DNA of 64,000 nucleotides from Squalus acanthias. Lineage: Eukaryota. The first letter of the stretch is position 1, and every line of letters begins with the position of its first letter. The stretch is from positions 38,380,001-38,444,000 of the forward strand of contig CM059432.1 of assembly GCA_030390025.1 (NCBI GenBank). Reading direction: 5' to 3'. The notes beneath the pieces were generated by a model that did no database searches, had not been told where the DNA came from, and was given only the letters and a program-made list of their open reading frames with translations. The translations under genes were made by a program, and so were the position numbers. Positions 63,338 to 64,000 of the stretch are shown here, piece after piece.

Positions 63338-63838
63338 TAAAACTCTGCTGCCCGTATCCTAACTCGCAGCAAGTCCCGTTCACCCATTACCCCTGTGCTC
63401 GCTGACTTACATTGGTTCTCAGTCTGGTAACACCTCAATTTTAAAATTCTCATCCTTGTTTTCAAATTCAACCATGGCCTCGCATCTCCCTGTCTCAGTA
63501 ACCTCCTCCTGCCCTACAACCCTCTGAGATCTCTGCACTCCTCTAGTTCTGGCCTCTTGTGCATCCCCAATTTTAATCGCTCCACCAATGGCCTTCAGCT
63601 GCCAAGGGCCTAAACTCTGGAATTCCCTCCCTAAACCTCTTTGCCTCTCTAATTCTCTCTCCCATTTTTAGGGCAGTCCTTTAAGCCTACTTCTTTGACC
63701 AACCATTTGGTCATCTGCCCTAATATCTTCTTATGTGGCCCAGTGCCAAATTTTGTCTGATTACGCTTCTGTGAAGCATTTGGGATGTTTTACTATGTTA
63801 AAATCGCTGTATAAATGCAAGTGGTTGTTGTTGTTGTT
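63338..63838 (+). mobile_element. L2 LINE 3' portion
   Basis: NSAARILTR...PITPVLADLHW coding remnant, WNSLP, (TTG)n tail. Confidence 0.87.
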
Positions 63839-64000
63839 CTGCTTCCATTTTAACAACAGGTGATTCGGACCATAAAAATAGTAGCCTCACAGTTACAGGC
63901 TCGTCCACAAATCGAATAAATAGATTTGATGGTTTAGTGAAGAAACTGACAGCCAGGGATCAGATTCTGCTGATAAATTGCTAGGCCTGGAATGCTACAT

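Noticed and set aside
1..64000. CRISPR array, operon or prokaryotic defence system
   Set aside because: No regularly spaced repeat-spacer array or gene-dense operon structure; the content is vertebrate interspersed repeat

Overview
Eukaryotic, repeat-dominated (intronic or intergenic) DNA, most likely from a cartilaginous fish. The taxon is inferred from an HE1-type V-SINE, DeuSINEs and esterase-bearing CR1 LINEs. No intact host gene, rRNA, tRNA gene or CRISPR array is recognisable, and almost all ORFs in the track are transposon fragments or antisense shadows. The dominant system is PIF/Harbinger DNA transposons. Two end-to-end copies (5614-10391, 24523-30527) and one partial copy (51462-54556) carry a convergent DDE transposase and a spliced Myb/SANT gene. 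About ten non-autonomous derivatives with matching TIRs, mostly with 3-bp TSDs, accompany them. Nested among these are CR1, L2, RTE and a Zenon/Crack-like LINE, three SINE families, a 1.3-kb solo LTR with an apparent 6-bp TSD, and three Penelope-like fragments with minimal hammerhead-ribozyme-like motifs (one as a near-perfect inverted dimer). One candidate 23-nt host microexon lies on the minus strand. TIR/TSD-bounded coordinates were read directly; boundaries of decayed LINE fragments are approximate. Family names come from motif recognition, not database searches. I found no clearly unprecedented system; the best leads are the solo LTR, the ribozyme-like motifs and the reconstructable Harbinger with its MITE.
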